Shown piece after piece: positions 48,432 through 58,329 of a stretch of 64,000 nt of DNA (its first letter is position 1; every line of letters starts with the position of its first letter). Source of the DNA: Sumerlaeia bacterium (lineage in GTDB: Bacteria; Sumerlaeota; Sumerlaeia; SLMS01; JAHLLQ01). The DNA lies in assembly GCA_040219255.1 (NCBI GenBank), contig JAVJSW010000068.1:160001-224000 (forward strand). The letters run 5' to 3'. Under the pieces are notes generated by a model. That model did no database searches. It was given only the letters and a program-made list of their open reading frames with translations, and was not told where the DNA came from. A program made the translations under genes and the position numbers.

Positions 48432-50252
48432 TTACTCGCCATGGGGAGCGGAGCTGATCGTGACCTGGTCAAACCGGAGCGTGCCCTGGTCAGCGTTGGA
48501 CGCGTCGAACAACATGTCGTCGATGGTGACGTCGAGTACGGCGTCGAGGCCGCTGCGCAGGTCAGGCCAGTACACCACGGTGTAGCGGCGAGGAGCCGTC
48601 AGCAGGCGGACGTCGGCGTTCTTGTCGCCGCCGAATTGACCGTAGGCGCGAAGACCCGGGTCATCGGAGTCGCCAGCGGCCGCCGTGTCGGGCGACAGGC
48701 CGGAGTTGGACTGCAGGCCGAGACGGAAGTCGGGCAGCGTGGTGGCGCTGGCACCAGCGGTGTTCGTGGACGCCCACACATCGAGGATGTACAGGTTGCC
48801 CGCGGTCGCGGTGACCGCACCGGTGCTGGTGGACCAGGTGCCCAGGCCGTTGGAGTTGGCCGGAGGAGCGTTGGAGCTCATCACGAGGACCGTGCCGCCG
48901 GAGCCCGCGTTGGAGACCGGACGGGTGTTGTTGTTGTTGCTGAAGCCCCACTCGCCGGAGGTGACGAATGCGGTCGGGCTCGCGGCCGGAGCCGGGCTGC
49001 CAGGCTGAGCGGCCGGCGTGAACGAGCCGTTACCGACGTTGTATTCGACCGTTTCGGTCAGCTGGCTACGGTTGGTCACGGAGATGTCGATGGAGTTCAA
49101 CGACACGTCGCTGACGGCGGTGCTGGAAAGGTCGAGCACGTCGAAGCTCAGGCTGAAGCTGTTGTTCGGCAGGAGCGAGTAGTACGTCGAGTTATGCACG
49201 CCGACGCCGTCAGGCAGGTTGATCGAACGGGTCACGAGCTGATCGTCGAAGGTACCGCCGTAGCGGGTACCGGACTCGGAGCTGCCCGTGTCACGCGAGG
49301 TGGCGCGGAAGCGCATGCCAGCGTGGCCCGCGCCGTTGGTGGCGACGCCACCAGCGACCGTGGTCGTCAGGTTCCAGCGGACGAGCAAGATGTCTTCGAG
49401 GCCAACGGCGATCGCATCCGCGATCGGCTGATCCCAAAGAGCCACGTGGCCGATGCCGGGGGCGATGGCGGACGGGGTCTCAATGGCCAAGGTCTCCGTG
49501 CCATTGGGGGCCGCAGCACCCTGACCAGTACCCTGAGTGGGGTTCACCGGAGTGGTGGTGATCGTTCCCGGCGAGGTGCCGGTCTGCGTCGTGTTGTTGA
49601 AGTTCGTCGCGAACGTATCCAACTCGGTCGGAGCCCAGCCACCGAACGTTTCGATGGTCGTGACCGGCGTGAAGATACCGGTGCCGGCCGACACGGAGTC
49701 GGAGGAACCGTCGTTCGTCGTGATGACGGTGAAGGAAGCCATGTCGAACTCGTCGACGCCGTCAGGGGCGGCGGCGATGAACACCATGAGGTCCGCTTCG
49801 TCCGTGAAGGTCGTGGACGGAGAGGTCAGGTTACGCTCCACGTTGACGAAGTCGAGCAGGTCGTCGATATCGCCGGTGGAGTTGGTGAGGACGTCGGCTT
49901 CCGTGGAAGGAATCGAAGCCACGGTGGTGTCGCCGTTGATGGAGATCGTCGGGCTGGTGACCACGGACGAAGCGCCATCGAGTTCGGCGAAGCTGAAGAG
50001 AATGTCAGCGGACGTGTTGTTCGTTCCGTAATCGGAAGCGTCGATGTAATCGCCGAAAGCGAAGGCGTCCTCAAAACGGAAGTAGAGGACGGAGCCAGGG
50101 GCGACGTCGAGGACACCGGAGGAATCGCGATCCGTGATAACCACGGTCGGGATTTCATCGGTGAAGGTCGGGCCGACAGCGAGGGCACTGCCCGTGAGCA
50201 GGGAGGCAGCGGCCATCGCGCCGAGGGCTTTTGTGGGGAACCCAGTTCTCAT
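48432..50252 (-). CDS. Exported Ser/Thr/Asp-rich surface protein, S-layer candidate
   Basis: Signal peptide MRTGFPTKALGAMAAASLLTGSALA|V; AGGAG RBS; Cys-free and acidic; own strong terminator; tandem C-terminal module shared with the DUF5666 protein. Confidence 0.65.
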   Translation of the reverse strand: MRTGFPTKALGAMAAASLLTGSALAVGPTFTDEIPTVVITDRDSSGVLDVAPGSVLYFRFEDAFAFGDYIDASDYGTNNTSADILFSFAELDGASSVVTSPTISINGDTTVASIPSTEADVLTNSTGDIDDLLDFVNVERNLTSPSTTFTDEADLMVFIAAAPDGVDEFDMASFTVITTNDGSSDSVSAGTGIFTPVTTIETFGGWAPTELDTFATNFNNTTQTGTSPGTITTTPVNPTQGTGQGAAAPNGTETLAIETPSAIAPGIGHVALWDQPIADAIAVGLEDILLVRWNLTTTVAGGVATNGAGHAGMRFRATSRDTGSSESGTRYGGTFDDQLVTRSINLPDGVGVHNSTYYSLLPNNSFSLSFDVLDLSSTAVSDVSLNSIDISVTNRSQLTETVEYNVGNGSFTPAAQPGSPAPAASPTAFVTSGEWGFSNNNNTRPVSNAGSGGTVLVMSSNAPPANSNGLGTWSTSTGAVTATAGNLYILDVWASTNTAGASATTLPDFRLGLQSNSGLSPDTAAAGDSDDPGLRAYGQFGGDKNADVRLLTAPRRYTVVYWPDLRSGLDAVLDVTIDDMLFDASNADQGTLRFDQVTISSAPHGE

Positions 50253-50598
50253 ACGAGCGGGTCTCCTTTGTGGGGTTGCGCTGCCCACAAGGGCACACGG
50301 GAAAGAGCAGGGGGCTGCACTTCTCCAAATAACGTCGAGAGTGGCTGGACTCTCCTTTCTGCGGAGCGGAGTGAAGTATCGAAGGGGACGATCGGGGAGA
50401 CGGAGGCGCCACGGAAACCGCGGGGACGGTTTGCAAGGGAGAGGAGTCTGTGAGTCCATCCAAGCACGTTGGGCATACCTTCCGGGGGTTTGATGGCTCT
50501 GAGCGCATCATACACAAGCAGACTTAATGGTGCGCGAGTGCAACACATGTCAACCGTGAATCGTCGAAACGGAATCGTTAAGTTGCGGTTTCGAAGCA

Positions 50599-52092
50599 TC
50601 AGGACGGCAATTCCGCCAGCCATCGCTCGACTTCCGCGACCCGTTCCCCGCCCAGGGACAGGTAACGCTCCAAATTCTGGCGGATTTCCTCGTATGACGC
50701 ACCGGACTCGTCCAGCACGAGAGCATGGTTCAAGTAGGCGGGGGCGAACTCCGGGTGCTTCGCCAGAACTTCCGAGAGCACATCCCGGCTGCGCCGCAGA
50801 TCCCCCATTCTCAGGTACAGAGCGCCGAGATTGCTGGCGCCGCGGGGGTCGTCCGGCGCGAAGAGGGACGCCTGGTTGTAATGCTCTTCCGCTTCCGCAT
50901 AGCGCCCCTGCTCGACGAGCAGGTTGCCCCATCGGATGTGAACTTCCGCGTTGGTGGGTTCGAGCTGGGCGGTGGCGCGGTATTCTTCCTCGGCACGGGC
51001 GAAATTGCCGCCCCGCTGCAGAGAGCGGGCTAGCAGGAGCCGGGCTTCCACATCGCGCGGGTTGCGGCGCACCATCATGCGGGCCAGCCGGGCCGCTTCG
51101 CTCCATTGGCCTCGCTCGGCCGCTTCCTCGAGAGCCGCGCGCAACGACTCATTGCGCGAGGGCGAGGGCGCCGCCACTTCCGGAAACAGCACGCGGCGCA
51201 CCTGCTCGGGATCGAGCGTGTCGGGCGATTGCAGTTCCACCGGGGGCCGTTCGCCCACAACGAGCGAGGCGATGGCGCCGCCAAGTCCGGGAACGGAGGC
51301 GCGGCCCGGCGCCCGGAAGGAGGAGAGGGGAGGCTGGGGCGGCAGCGGTGTCGCCGTGGGGGTCGGGGTGGGCGTCGGCGTGGGCCTTGGCGTCGGGGTC
51401 GGATCGGGCGCCAGGGCCACCTCCCGCTCGCCGGGGAGCGGTGCTTCGGCGGTGGGCGCCGGGGTCGGCGCGGGCGCTGTGGGGCGGGTCGTTTCGAGGG
51501 GCCTGGTGGGGACCGGGGTTGGCGTCGGCCGGGGCGTGCGGGCGGGGCGCCGCTCGCGGGGGGCGGGCGTCGGCCGCGGAGCCGGCTTGGCCACTTCCGC
51601 CGGGGTGGGACGGGGCGTGGGCACCGGCGTCGTCACGGGGGGCGGTATGGGGTCCGGTGTGGGTTCGGGCGTCGGTTCGGGGGCCGGGGAGCTTGCCAGT
51701 GCCGTCGGCGCCAGTTCCTCCACCGTAACGCCGAGGTCTTCGGCGACTTCGATGCGGGCCAGTTCGCGCTCGGCGAGAGCGCGTTCGAAATCGGGCGCCA
51801 TGGCGATGGCCTGGTCGAAATAGACGAGGGCCCTCTGGCTGTCGCCCAGGAGCCGGTGGGTATGGCCGACCTTATAGTAGAACGCGGGGCGCTCGGAAAG
51901 GTTCAGCGCCGCCAGGTAGCGCTGCAGGGCTCGTTCGTACTCGCCTTCCGCCTCCAGGATTTCGCCCTGGGCGTAATAATCGAAGGCGATGGCGCGCCGT
52001 TCTTCCAGGCGCAGCGCGCGCTCGGAGGCGCAGCCGGCAAGACTGCCGAGCACCACGGCGAGGACGGCGAGGCGAGAGAGGAAACGAAGCAT
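50599..52092 (-). CDS. TPR-repeat lipoprotein with long Pro/Thr linker
   Basis: Lipobox LAG|C; N- and C-terminal TPR arrays separated by (PT)n; start ATG 52092 or 52113. Confidence 0.8.
   Translation of the reverse strand: MLRFLSRLAVLAVVLGSLAGCASERALRLEERRAIAFDYYAQGEILEAEGEYERALQRYLAALNLSERPAFYYKVGHTHRLLGDSQRALVYFDQAIAMAPDFERALAERELARIEVAEDLGVTVEELAPTALASSPAPEPTPEPTPDPIPPPVTTPVPTPRPTPAEVAKPAPRPTPAPRERRPARTPRPTPTPVPTRPLETTRPTAPAPTPAPTAEAPLPGEREVALAPDPTPTPRPTPTPTPTPTATPLPPQPPLSSFRAPGRASVPGLGGAIASLVVGERPPVELQSPDTLDPEQVRRVLFPEVAAPSPSRNESLRAALEEAAERGQWSEAARLARMMVRRNPRDVEARLLLARSLQRGGNFARAEEEYRATAQLEPTNAEVHIRWGNLLVEQGRYAEAEEHYNQASLFAPDDPRGASNLGALYLRMGDLRRSRDVLSEVLAKHPEFAPAYLNHALVLDESGASYEEIRQNLERYLSLGGERVAEVERWLAELPS
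51340..51690 (-). repeat. Pro/Thr-rich low-complexity linker (coding)
   Basis: [25 protein letters not shown] within the TPR lipoprotein. Confidence 0.7.
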
Positions 52093-52113
52093 AGGCTGTT
52101 GAGGAAAGACCAT

Positions 52114-52662
52114 TTAGAATTGGCTCTGGTACACCAGCGAGCCATCGCTGAAGGACACGGACCGGTTTTTCACGCGCCAGAAGCCTTCGTAGACCCAGGT
52201 CTCACGGACCGGGCCGGTCTCGTATTGCTGAAAGTAGGCTTTCGAGGGATAACCGTAAGTGATCAGGTAACGGTCACTGTCGAGCAGCGGTCCCTCATAG
52301 ACCAACTTGCCTTCGATGAACTGGACGATGGTGTTGCGATCCCAATAGGCCCATTCGTCGAAGATTTCGTCGCGGTGGGCATCGACGCCTTCGCGTGCGT
52401 AATCCGGCTGGCCGTGGCGGTCGAGGACGTCGCGCTTGTCGGCGGTCAACATCGAGTCCTTCATGGCGTCGGTCTTTTCGAAGGCGCGGCGGTCGAAGCG
52501 CACGATGAAATCGGCGGCGGGGCGGCCGGTATAGCGGCGGAACTGCTCGGGCTCGCCGGTGCTCATGTCGAAGAGGGGCTTGCGGTTGGTCGAGCACCCC
52601 GCCCCCGCGGCGAGGGCGAAGACCAGAGTGGAAATCAGAAGGAAGGGGCTGAAGCGTCGCAA
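52114..52662 (-). CDS. Hypothetical lipoprotein
   Basis: Lipobox GAG|C; internal repeat G.P...E.W.Y....V.F..G.LVY; abuts the TPR gene. Confidence 0.7.
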   Translation of the reverse strand: MRRFSPFLLISTLVFALAAGAGCSTNRKPLFDMSTGEPEQFRRYTGRPAADFIVRFDRRAFEKTDAMKDSMLTADKRDVLDRHGQPDYAREGVDAHRDEIFDEWAYWDRNTIVQFIEGKLVYEGPLLDSDRYLITYGYPSKAYFQQYETGPVRETWVYEGFWRVKNRSVSFSDGSLVYQSQF

Positions 52663-52868
52663 GACATCACCTCCGGGCGATCAGGAAAGGACTTCCTTGA
52701 ATGGCGGGAAAGGCCGGGGTGGTCAAGTGGTGAAATGCTCCCGGTCCGCAGCCAAAATCGGCTGACACCTCCGGTCCAACGATGAAAGGGTCGGTCAGCG
52801 GGTTCGGCATGGCCAGTCTGCCGCCCCCGGGCCGCGCGCACTCCAACCGTGAGAAAGACCCGTAAGTC

Positions 52869-53132
52869 ATGGAAGGTATCGATCTGCCCAGTGGATGGCA
52901 GTTTCTCGGTCATTGGTGGTGGTTGCTGCATCTGGTGGTGATTGTGTTGATCTTCATGGCGGGATACGCCATCGGGAAATCGAACGCCGACCCGGGATCG
53001 GGTGGTGGGGAGGACGGAGGCGGCGCTGGCGGCGGCGCTTACATCCCGCCCTCCGCGAGGCCGGCGGCTTCGGGGAAGAGCGCGCCTGAGAAAAAGGAAA
53101 AAGCCGGACCTCCGGCCGATGGCGGCTGGTGA
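52869..53132 (+). CDS. Small single-TM membrane protein
   Basis: HWWWLLHLVVIVLIFMAGYAIG hydrophobic helix followed by a Gly-rich tail. Confidence 0.55.
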   Translation: MEGIDLPSGWQFLGHWWWLLHLVVIVLIFMAGYAIGKSNADPGSGGGEDGGGAGGGAYIPPSARPAASGKSAPEKKEKAGPPADGGW

Positions 53133-53168
53133 AAAACCGCCGAGCTGTGGCGCTTAACCTGGGCGTTT

Positions 53169-53651
53169 TCAATCGTCCAGGGTGAACGGCACGATGCCCT
53201 CGTCGGTCAGCGTTTTCGGGGGAGAGTCGCCGTAGAGTTCGCGGTCGTGGAAGAGGGGCTCTTCTTGGGGAGCGGCTTTAGCGCCGGGGCCCCGGTTGCC
53301 GCCCTGGGCGGGGGCTTTGGCGGCGCCTTGGCCTTGCTGCGGGGCTCGGGCCCGGCCGGCGGCGGCATCCGAAAGGCGGTTGTGTTCGTCGTTAATGATT
53401 TTGAGCAGGCTGGCCAATTGACCGACCACCACCATGGCGTCCTTGTACTTCAGGGTGCGGGGAGCCATGGGATCGAAGTCGTTGATCTGACGGAGGGTGG
53501 GGAAGACCGCCCGGACGTTTTTGAGGAGATTGTTGAACATCTTGGCCGTGTCGTCGTCCACGACCTCTTTCGGGTTGTTGCCCGCCACATAGCGAATGTC
53601 TTCGTACATCTGGCGGGCCATTCCGTAAATCAGGGCGGCTTCGGTCGGCAT
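53169..53651 (-). CDS. Hypothetical protein
   Basis: Typical GC3 codon bias, GGAG RBS, helical N-domain plus disordered tail. Confidence 0.65.
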   Translation of the reverse strand: MPTEAALIYGMARQMYEDIRYVAGNNPKEVVDDDTAKMFNNLLKNVRAVFPTLRQINDFDPMAPRTLKYKDAMVVVGQLASLLKIINDEHNRLSDAAAGRARAPQQGQGAAKAPAQGGNRGPGAKAAPQEEPLFHDRELYGDSPPKTLTDEGIVPFTLDD

Positions 53652-53707
53652 GGCGTTGGTGTGGGCTCCCGTGGGGTGGATCGGTCAACCGGTAAGGGGC
53701 GGGGGAT

Positions 53708-55000
53708 TCAGCTCGCGGCCAGGTCCCGGCCCGCTCCCATGGCGAAATGAATTTCGCACACAGAAGAAGGGTCTACACCAAGGGAGGCCAAGCCCTCAAG
53801 CATTTCATTTCGCTGACTAGCGGTTTGTGCCGGGGCGAGGAAGGAAGTCCAGCCGTGGCCGCTTTGAAGGACCTTGGCGCCGCGGATGATGGCGGCCTTC
53901 GAAGCGGATAGCCCGGGCGCCCGGATATAGCGGTCCGGGTGGTTGGCGCTGGCGGGGGACAATTCGCACCGCTCGCCTTTCCCCAGGGGATTGAGCTGCT
54001 CGAGCACGGCCCCGCTTCCCGCCTGCGCCAGCAGCATCACGTCGCTCAGAACGCCGCTGCCGGTGGAGCCCTGTCCCGCGCCGGCGCCGTACATCATCGT
54101 CGAGCCGATCGGATCGCCCTCGACCCACAGCGCGTTGAGCACATCGCGGACGCCGCCGATCAGGTGGTTGCGGGGCACGAAGGTAGGCCACACGGACAGT
54201 GCGGGATGGCCTTCGATCTTCTTGGCCGAGGCCAGCAGCTTGATGCTCATGCCCCTGCTGGCGGCGAACTCGACGTCGGCGGGGGCGATGCGGGTCACGC
54301 CTTGCTTTAGAACGTCAGTGGCGCGGAAGTCTTTGCCAAAAGCCAGCGCCGCCAGAATAGCGATCTTGTGCGCCGTGTCGTCACCTTCCACGTCCAGCGT
54401 CGGGTCCGGCTCCGCATAGCCCTTCGCCATCGCTTCCTTCAGGATATCGGCGTACTTGGCGCCGGGGCGATCTTCCATCGCCGTCAGAATGTAATTGCAG
54501 GTGCCGTTGAGAATGCCGAAAAGCGCGTCGATGCGGTTGGGCAGCAGGCTTTGCTGGAACGAGCGGATGATCGGAATGCCGGCGCCGACGCTGGCTTCGT
54601 AGAGAAGCTGGGCGTTGCCAGCGCGGGCGGCTTCGAACAGTTCGCCGCCGTAGGTCGCGATGAGCGCCTTGTTCGCCGTGACGACGTGTTTGCCGGCGCG
54701 CAGGGCGGCGTCCACGATACTCTTGGCGATGGTCGTGCCGCCGACCAGTTCGATCACACACTCGATGTCCGGGTCGGCCACGACCTGCTTGAAGTCGTCG
54801 GTCAGAACGACTTCGCTGACGGAAACGCCCCGGTCGGTGGTCAAGTCCTTGTCGCAGATGGTCTTGAGGCGCAGGGGGCGGGGCAGCCGGCTGTTCAGCA
54901 AGGGACCGTGCTCCAGCAGATGGCGCACCACCCCCGTGCCGATGTTGCCAAAGCCCACGAGGGCGAGATGGAGGGGTTTTCCGGAAGCGGAGTCGGTCAT
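53708..55000 (-). CDS. hom: Homoserine dehydrogenase
   Basis: GFGNIG, HVVTANKA, YEASVGAGIPII, GILNGTCNYIL, GYAEPDPTLDVEGDD, GAGAG; start ATG 55000. Confidence 0.93.
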   Translation of the reverse strand: MTDSASGKPLHLALVGFGNIGTGVVRHLLEHGPLLNSRLPRPLRLKTICDKDLTTDRGVSVSEVVLTDDFKQVVADPDIECVIELVGGTTIAKSIVDAALRAGKHVVTANKALIATYGGELFEAARAGNAQLLYEASVGAGIPIIRSFQQSLLPNRIDALFGILNGTCNYILTAMEDRPGAKYADILKEAMAKGYAEPDPTLDVEGDDTAHKIAILAALAFGKDFRATDVLKQGVTRIAPADVEFAASRGMSIKLLASAKKIEGHPALSVWPTFVPRNHLIGGVRDVLNALWVEGDPIGSTMMYGAGAGQGSTGSGVLSDVMLLAQAGSGAVLEQLNPLGKGERCELSPASANHPDRYIRAPGLSASKAAIIRGAKVLQSGHGWTSFLAPAQTASQRNEMLEGLASLGVDPSSVCEIHFAMGAGRDLAAS

Positions 55001-55100
55001 TTTTTCGGGTTCCTTGCAACACACAGGGGGATGAAGAGAGGGGCGGCGGGCCGGGTGACGGGGCGGAAGCTCGGGAGGCGCAGGCTCAGGAAGGGCGGAC

Positions 55101-56057
55101 TCAGGAGATTGTGGCGGCCAGATTCCGGCCCGCCAGCGTTTCTTGGTCCAGAACGGGGGCGCGCATCATTTCGAGCACGCGATCGACGCGCTGGTGGATT
55201 TCGCCGGGGCGGATCGCCAGGGTGCGGCGCAGGCTGAAATCCTCGACCACAAACGAAGCCATCGCGGTCCCCACGACGACCGCCTTGCGGACATCCTCGT
55301 CGGTGAAGCTGTTCAGCCGCGCCAGGTAGCCCACCAGACCGCCGGCGAAGGTGTCGCCCGCACCGGTCGGATCCTTCAGCTCGCGGAGCGGAAAGGCCGG
55401 GACGCTCATGACCCGGTCGCGCTGAAAGAGCAGCGACCCGTGCTCGCCCTTCTTGATGACCACCGTCTGCGGACCCAGCTCCTGGAGCGCGAGGCCCGCC
55501 TCGATCAAGTTCGGCGTTTCCATATATTGGCGCGCTTCCTCCTCGTTCAGGAGCAGGATGTTGACGCGCTCGATGACCTTGGTCAGCTCCTTCTTCGAGC
55601 CCTCGATCCAGAAATTCATCGTGTCCAGCAGCACCGCCTTGGGGGCTGTCAGTTGATCCAGGACGGAGAGCTGGAGGCCGGGCTGGATGTTGGCCAGGAA
55701 AACGAAGGGCGCGTTGCGCTGGCTTTCGTCGAGGGTGGGGCGGAAGTTTTCGAAGACGTTGAGCGCGGTGGTGTTGGTGTGGGCGCCGCCCATCTCGCGC
55801 AAGTAATAGCCGGACCAGCGGAAGGTCTGACCCGATTCCGACTTCAGGCCCGAGGTGTCGATGCCGCGGCCCTCGAAAGCGCCGACGTGCTCGCTGGGAA
55901 AGTCTTCGCCGACCACCGCGACCATCTTCACCGGGGCGAAATAGGACGCCGAGACACAGCCGTAGGAGGCCGAGCCTCCCAGGACTTCCGAGACGTTTCC
56001 ATGAGGTGTTTCGACGGAATCGAGGGCGACCGATCCCACTACGAGGGCTTCTGACAC
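55101..56057 (-). CDS. PfkB family carbohydrate/nucleoside kinase
   Basis: VGSVALD, LGGSASY, DTMNFWI, KKGEHG, DPTGAGDTFAGG. Confidence 0.9.
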   Translation of the reverse strand: MSEALVVGSVALDSVETPHGNVSEVLGGSASYGCVSASYFAPVKMVAVVGEDFPSEHVGAFEGRGIDTSGLKSESGQTFRWSGYYLREMGGAHTNTTALNVFENFRPTLDESQRNAPFVFLANIQPGLQLSVLDQLTAPKAVLLDTMNFWIEGSKKELTKVIERVNILLLNEEEARQYMETPNLIEAGLALQELGPQTVVIKKGEHGSLLFQRDRVMSVPAFPLRELKDPTGAGDTFAGGLVGYLARLNSFTDEDVRKAVVVGTAMASFVVEDFSLRRTLAIRPGEIHQRVDRVLEMMRAPVLDQETLAGRNLAATIS

Positions 56058-56272
56058 GGCGTATTCCTTTGGCCTGGGGCGATGAAATCAGTTGCGTGCG
56101 GCGCCTTGAGCCGCCGCCCGAGAAAAGGGAGCGCAAACGCTGTGGTCAAGAGAAGACCGGCCAGGATTTCGCCCCTGCCTCCGTCTCGTTCCTCACCATG
56201 GCACTGAAGAAAAGGAGGGGAAGCCACCGGCCAGGGAAATCCATCCCGCGGCGAGGACCGGGAGGAGGGGGC

Positions 56273-56773
56273 CTATTCGTAAGGTGTTTCGGCGGGCGGG
56301 CCCGGCGGCGGAGGCATGTCTCCCCGCGGAGGCCCGGGGCGCTCGGCTTTGGCCTTCAGGCTGTCGATCACGCTCTGCACGCGGCTGGCGAGGCCCTCCT
56401 GACCGCTGCGCAGCAACTCGCTCGAGATGCTCTCCAGTTCGGCGATTTCGCGCTGCAGATCCAGCATGGGCGGTCCGGGCCGCTCCGGCCGTTCGCCACG
56501 TTCACCGCGTTCGGGGCGTTCCGGGCGCTCCGGACGTTCAGACTGTTCGGGGCGGCCTGGGCGTTCGGGACGCTCGCGGGCTTCGTTGTCTTCGCCGCGC
56601 GGTTCGCGCTGCAAGAACTCCTCGCGCCATTCCGGGCCCCGTTCGCGCTGCTGACCCTTGTCCTTCTCTTTGTCGTTGTTGGCGCGGGCCGGGGGTTGGG
56701 CCTGGGCCGAAACCAGGATCAGCCCCAGAACGGCGGCGGCGCAGGCCGCCATGGTCAGGCTTCGAATTTTCAT
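56273..56773 (-). CDS. Exported low-complexity protein with (RPE/RGE)n repeats
   Basis: Signal peptide MKIRSL..SAQA|Q; ERPERPGRPEQSERPERPERPERGERGERPERP; GAGGA RBS. Confidence 0.65.
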   Translation of the reverse strand: MKIRSLTMAACAAAVLGLILVSAQAQPPARANNDKEKDKGQQRERGPEWREEFLQREPRGEDNEARERPERPGRPEQSERPERPERPERGERGERPERPGPPMLDLQREIAELESISSELLRSGQEGLASRVQSVIDSLKAKAERPGPPRGDMPPPPGPPAETPYE

Positions 56774-56909
56774 GGGTGATTTCCTCGTCGTGGTACGGAT
56801 GGTCTGGATAGCCGTTGAACCATGGCCCGGCAGCAACCAGGGAAAAACAGAAATCTTTCCACGCGGAGGGCGGGCGCCGGTCTCGGAGAGAACGCGCCGC
56901 CGCTCCGCC

Positions 56910-57254
56910 TTATCCCGGGGGCCACTTCATCTGCCGGCCACCGAGAACGTGCAGGTGAATGTGGGGGACTTCCTGGCCGCCGGCGTCCTTGCAGTTCCAC
57001 ACCAGGCGATAGCCGTCGTCGGCGAGGCCTTCCTTCTCCGCCACGCGCGATGCCACCACGGTCATGTGGCCCACCAGTTCCTTGTGCTCGTCACCGAGGT
57101 CGGCGACGGTGGCGATGGGCTCCTTGGGAATGACGAGAAGATGGGTCGGGGCCTGGGGAGCGATGTCGCGGATCACGATGCAGAAGGCGTCCTCGTAGAC
57201 CCGTTCGGCAGGAATTTCACCGGCCAGAATTTTGCCAAAGACAGTTTCCGCCAT
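56910..57254 (-). CDS. hinT: Histidine triad nucleotide-binding protein
   Basis: TVFGKILAGEIPA, DIAPQAPTHLLVIPK, GQEVPHIHLHVLGGR; AGGAG RBS before ATG 57254. Confidence 0.93.
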   Translation of the reverse strand: MAETVFGKILAGEIPAERVYEDAFCIVIRDIAPQAPTHLLVIPKEPIATVADLGDEHKELVGHMTVVASRVAEKEGLADDGYRLVWNCKDAGGQEVPHIHLHVLGGRQMKWPPG

Positions 57255-57882
57255 GGAAGCGTCTCCTCTGAAGAGGGAGTCGGTACATGACAGAAGCTTG
57301 TCCGGCAACGGCCCCGGTGTAAAGAGCAAGGCGGCGAGCCGGTGCGCCCGCGCGATCCTTACAACCGCGGAGAACACCGGGGACAGAGTTTTCACAGAGA
57401 AGATGCAAAGCAGACCGAAACCATGTCTTTAGACTCAACAAATTCAAAAGGACACGACTTGTCCTATCTCGCCGATTTTTCATACTGGAAGTGAATGAAT
57501 GGGATAAATGTCGGATAATCGGACGTCTTTTCGGACTTCTTCGCGAGAAGAGATTTGGCGTTGCCCACTCGCCCGGATGGGACATCGCTTTCCTGCGAGG
57601 ACCACGTAACCCTTCTCGGGCCAAACGTCTCTGTGCCATTTGTGACTCCGCGGGGAATTCTGTCAGGATCGGAGTTCGCCGCGCCTCGACGGAAGAGTTC
57701 GCGGCAGGTCCCTCGACAAAGCGCGTTTGCTCCCGATTTTTGAGTTGCCCTCGTCCCTCGCCTTCGTCAGGCATGAGAGGGCCAGCAGCAACTGATCGGC
57801 GAATCATGGCGTCCACTCATGGGCTCGTGTTTCGTTCTCTTGCCGCTCTGGCAACCCCGACCCCCGTCTGGAGAATCTCCCC

Positions 57883-58266
57883 ATGACGTCCCGGATTCAC
57901 AAGGCTCGCCTTGCCGCCGCTTTCGCCGTTTTGCTGGCGTCCGCCGCTCTGGCGCCCTCTGTCACCGACGCTCGCGGTCCGCTTTACGGCGTGACCTATC
58001 CCTCGAAGATCACCGGTAAGCTGTGGAGCGGTGTCTCCAACTGCCTCTTCTGCTGGTCCGAGATTCCCATCGAGATCAACAGCGAGATCCAGTCGACCGA
58101 CCCCTTCACCGGCTCCGTCGTCGGCCTGGGCAAGGGCCTCTACTTCACCGGCCAGCGCCTCGTGCTTGGCGTGGTGGACGTGGTGACTTTCCCCATCGAC
58201 GTGTACGACAACAATTATCAATCCATCCAGCGCACCGAGTTCCCCTTCATCGACGAAGTGGAATGA
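57883..58266 (+). CDS. TIGR04073-like exosortase-system-associated protein
   Basis: Signal peptide; KLWSGVSNCLFCWSEIP..G.GKGL..TGQR..GVVDVVTFP. Confidence 0.7.
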   Translation: MTSRIHKARLAAAFAVLLASAALAPSVTDARGPLYGVTYPSKITGKLWSGVSNCLFCWSEIPIEINSEIQSTDPFTGSVVGLGKGLYFTGQRLVLGVVDVVTFPIDVYDNNYQSIQRTEFPFIDEVE

Positions 58267-58329
58267 CGCTGCCAAGTCTTTGAATTCCAATCCACTCCCC
58301 TGACCGTCCCCAGGAGGTCCGCCGTCCCT

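Noticed and set aside
51340-51690. Short periodic DNA repeats as a possible CRISPR array (also 56470-56580 and 58930-58985)
   Set aside because: In-frame coding low-complexity repeats (PT, RPE, PLKK) without constant repeat-spacer structure or cas genes.
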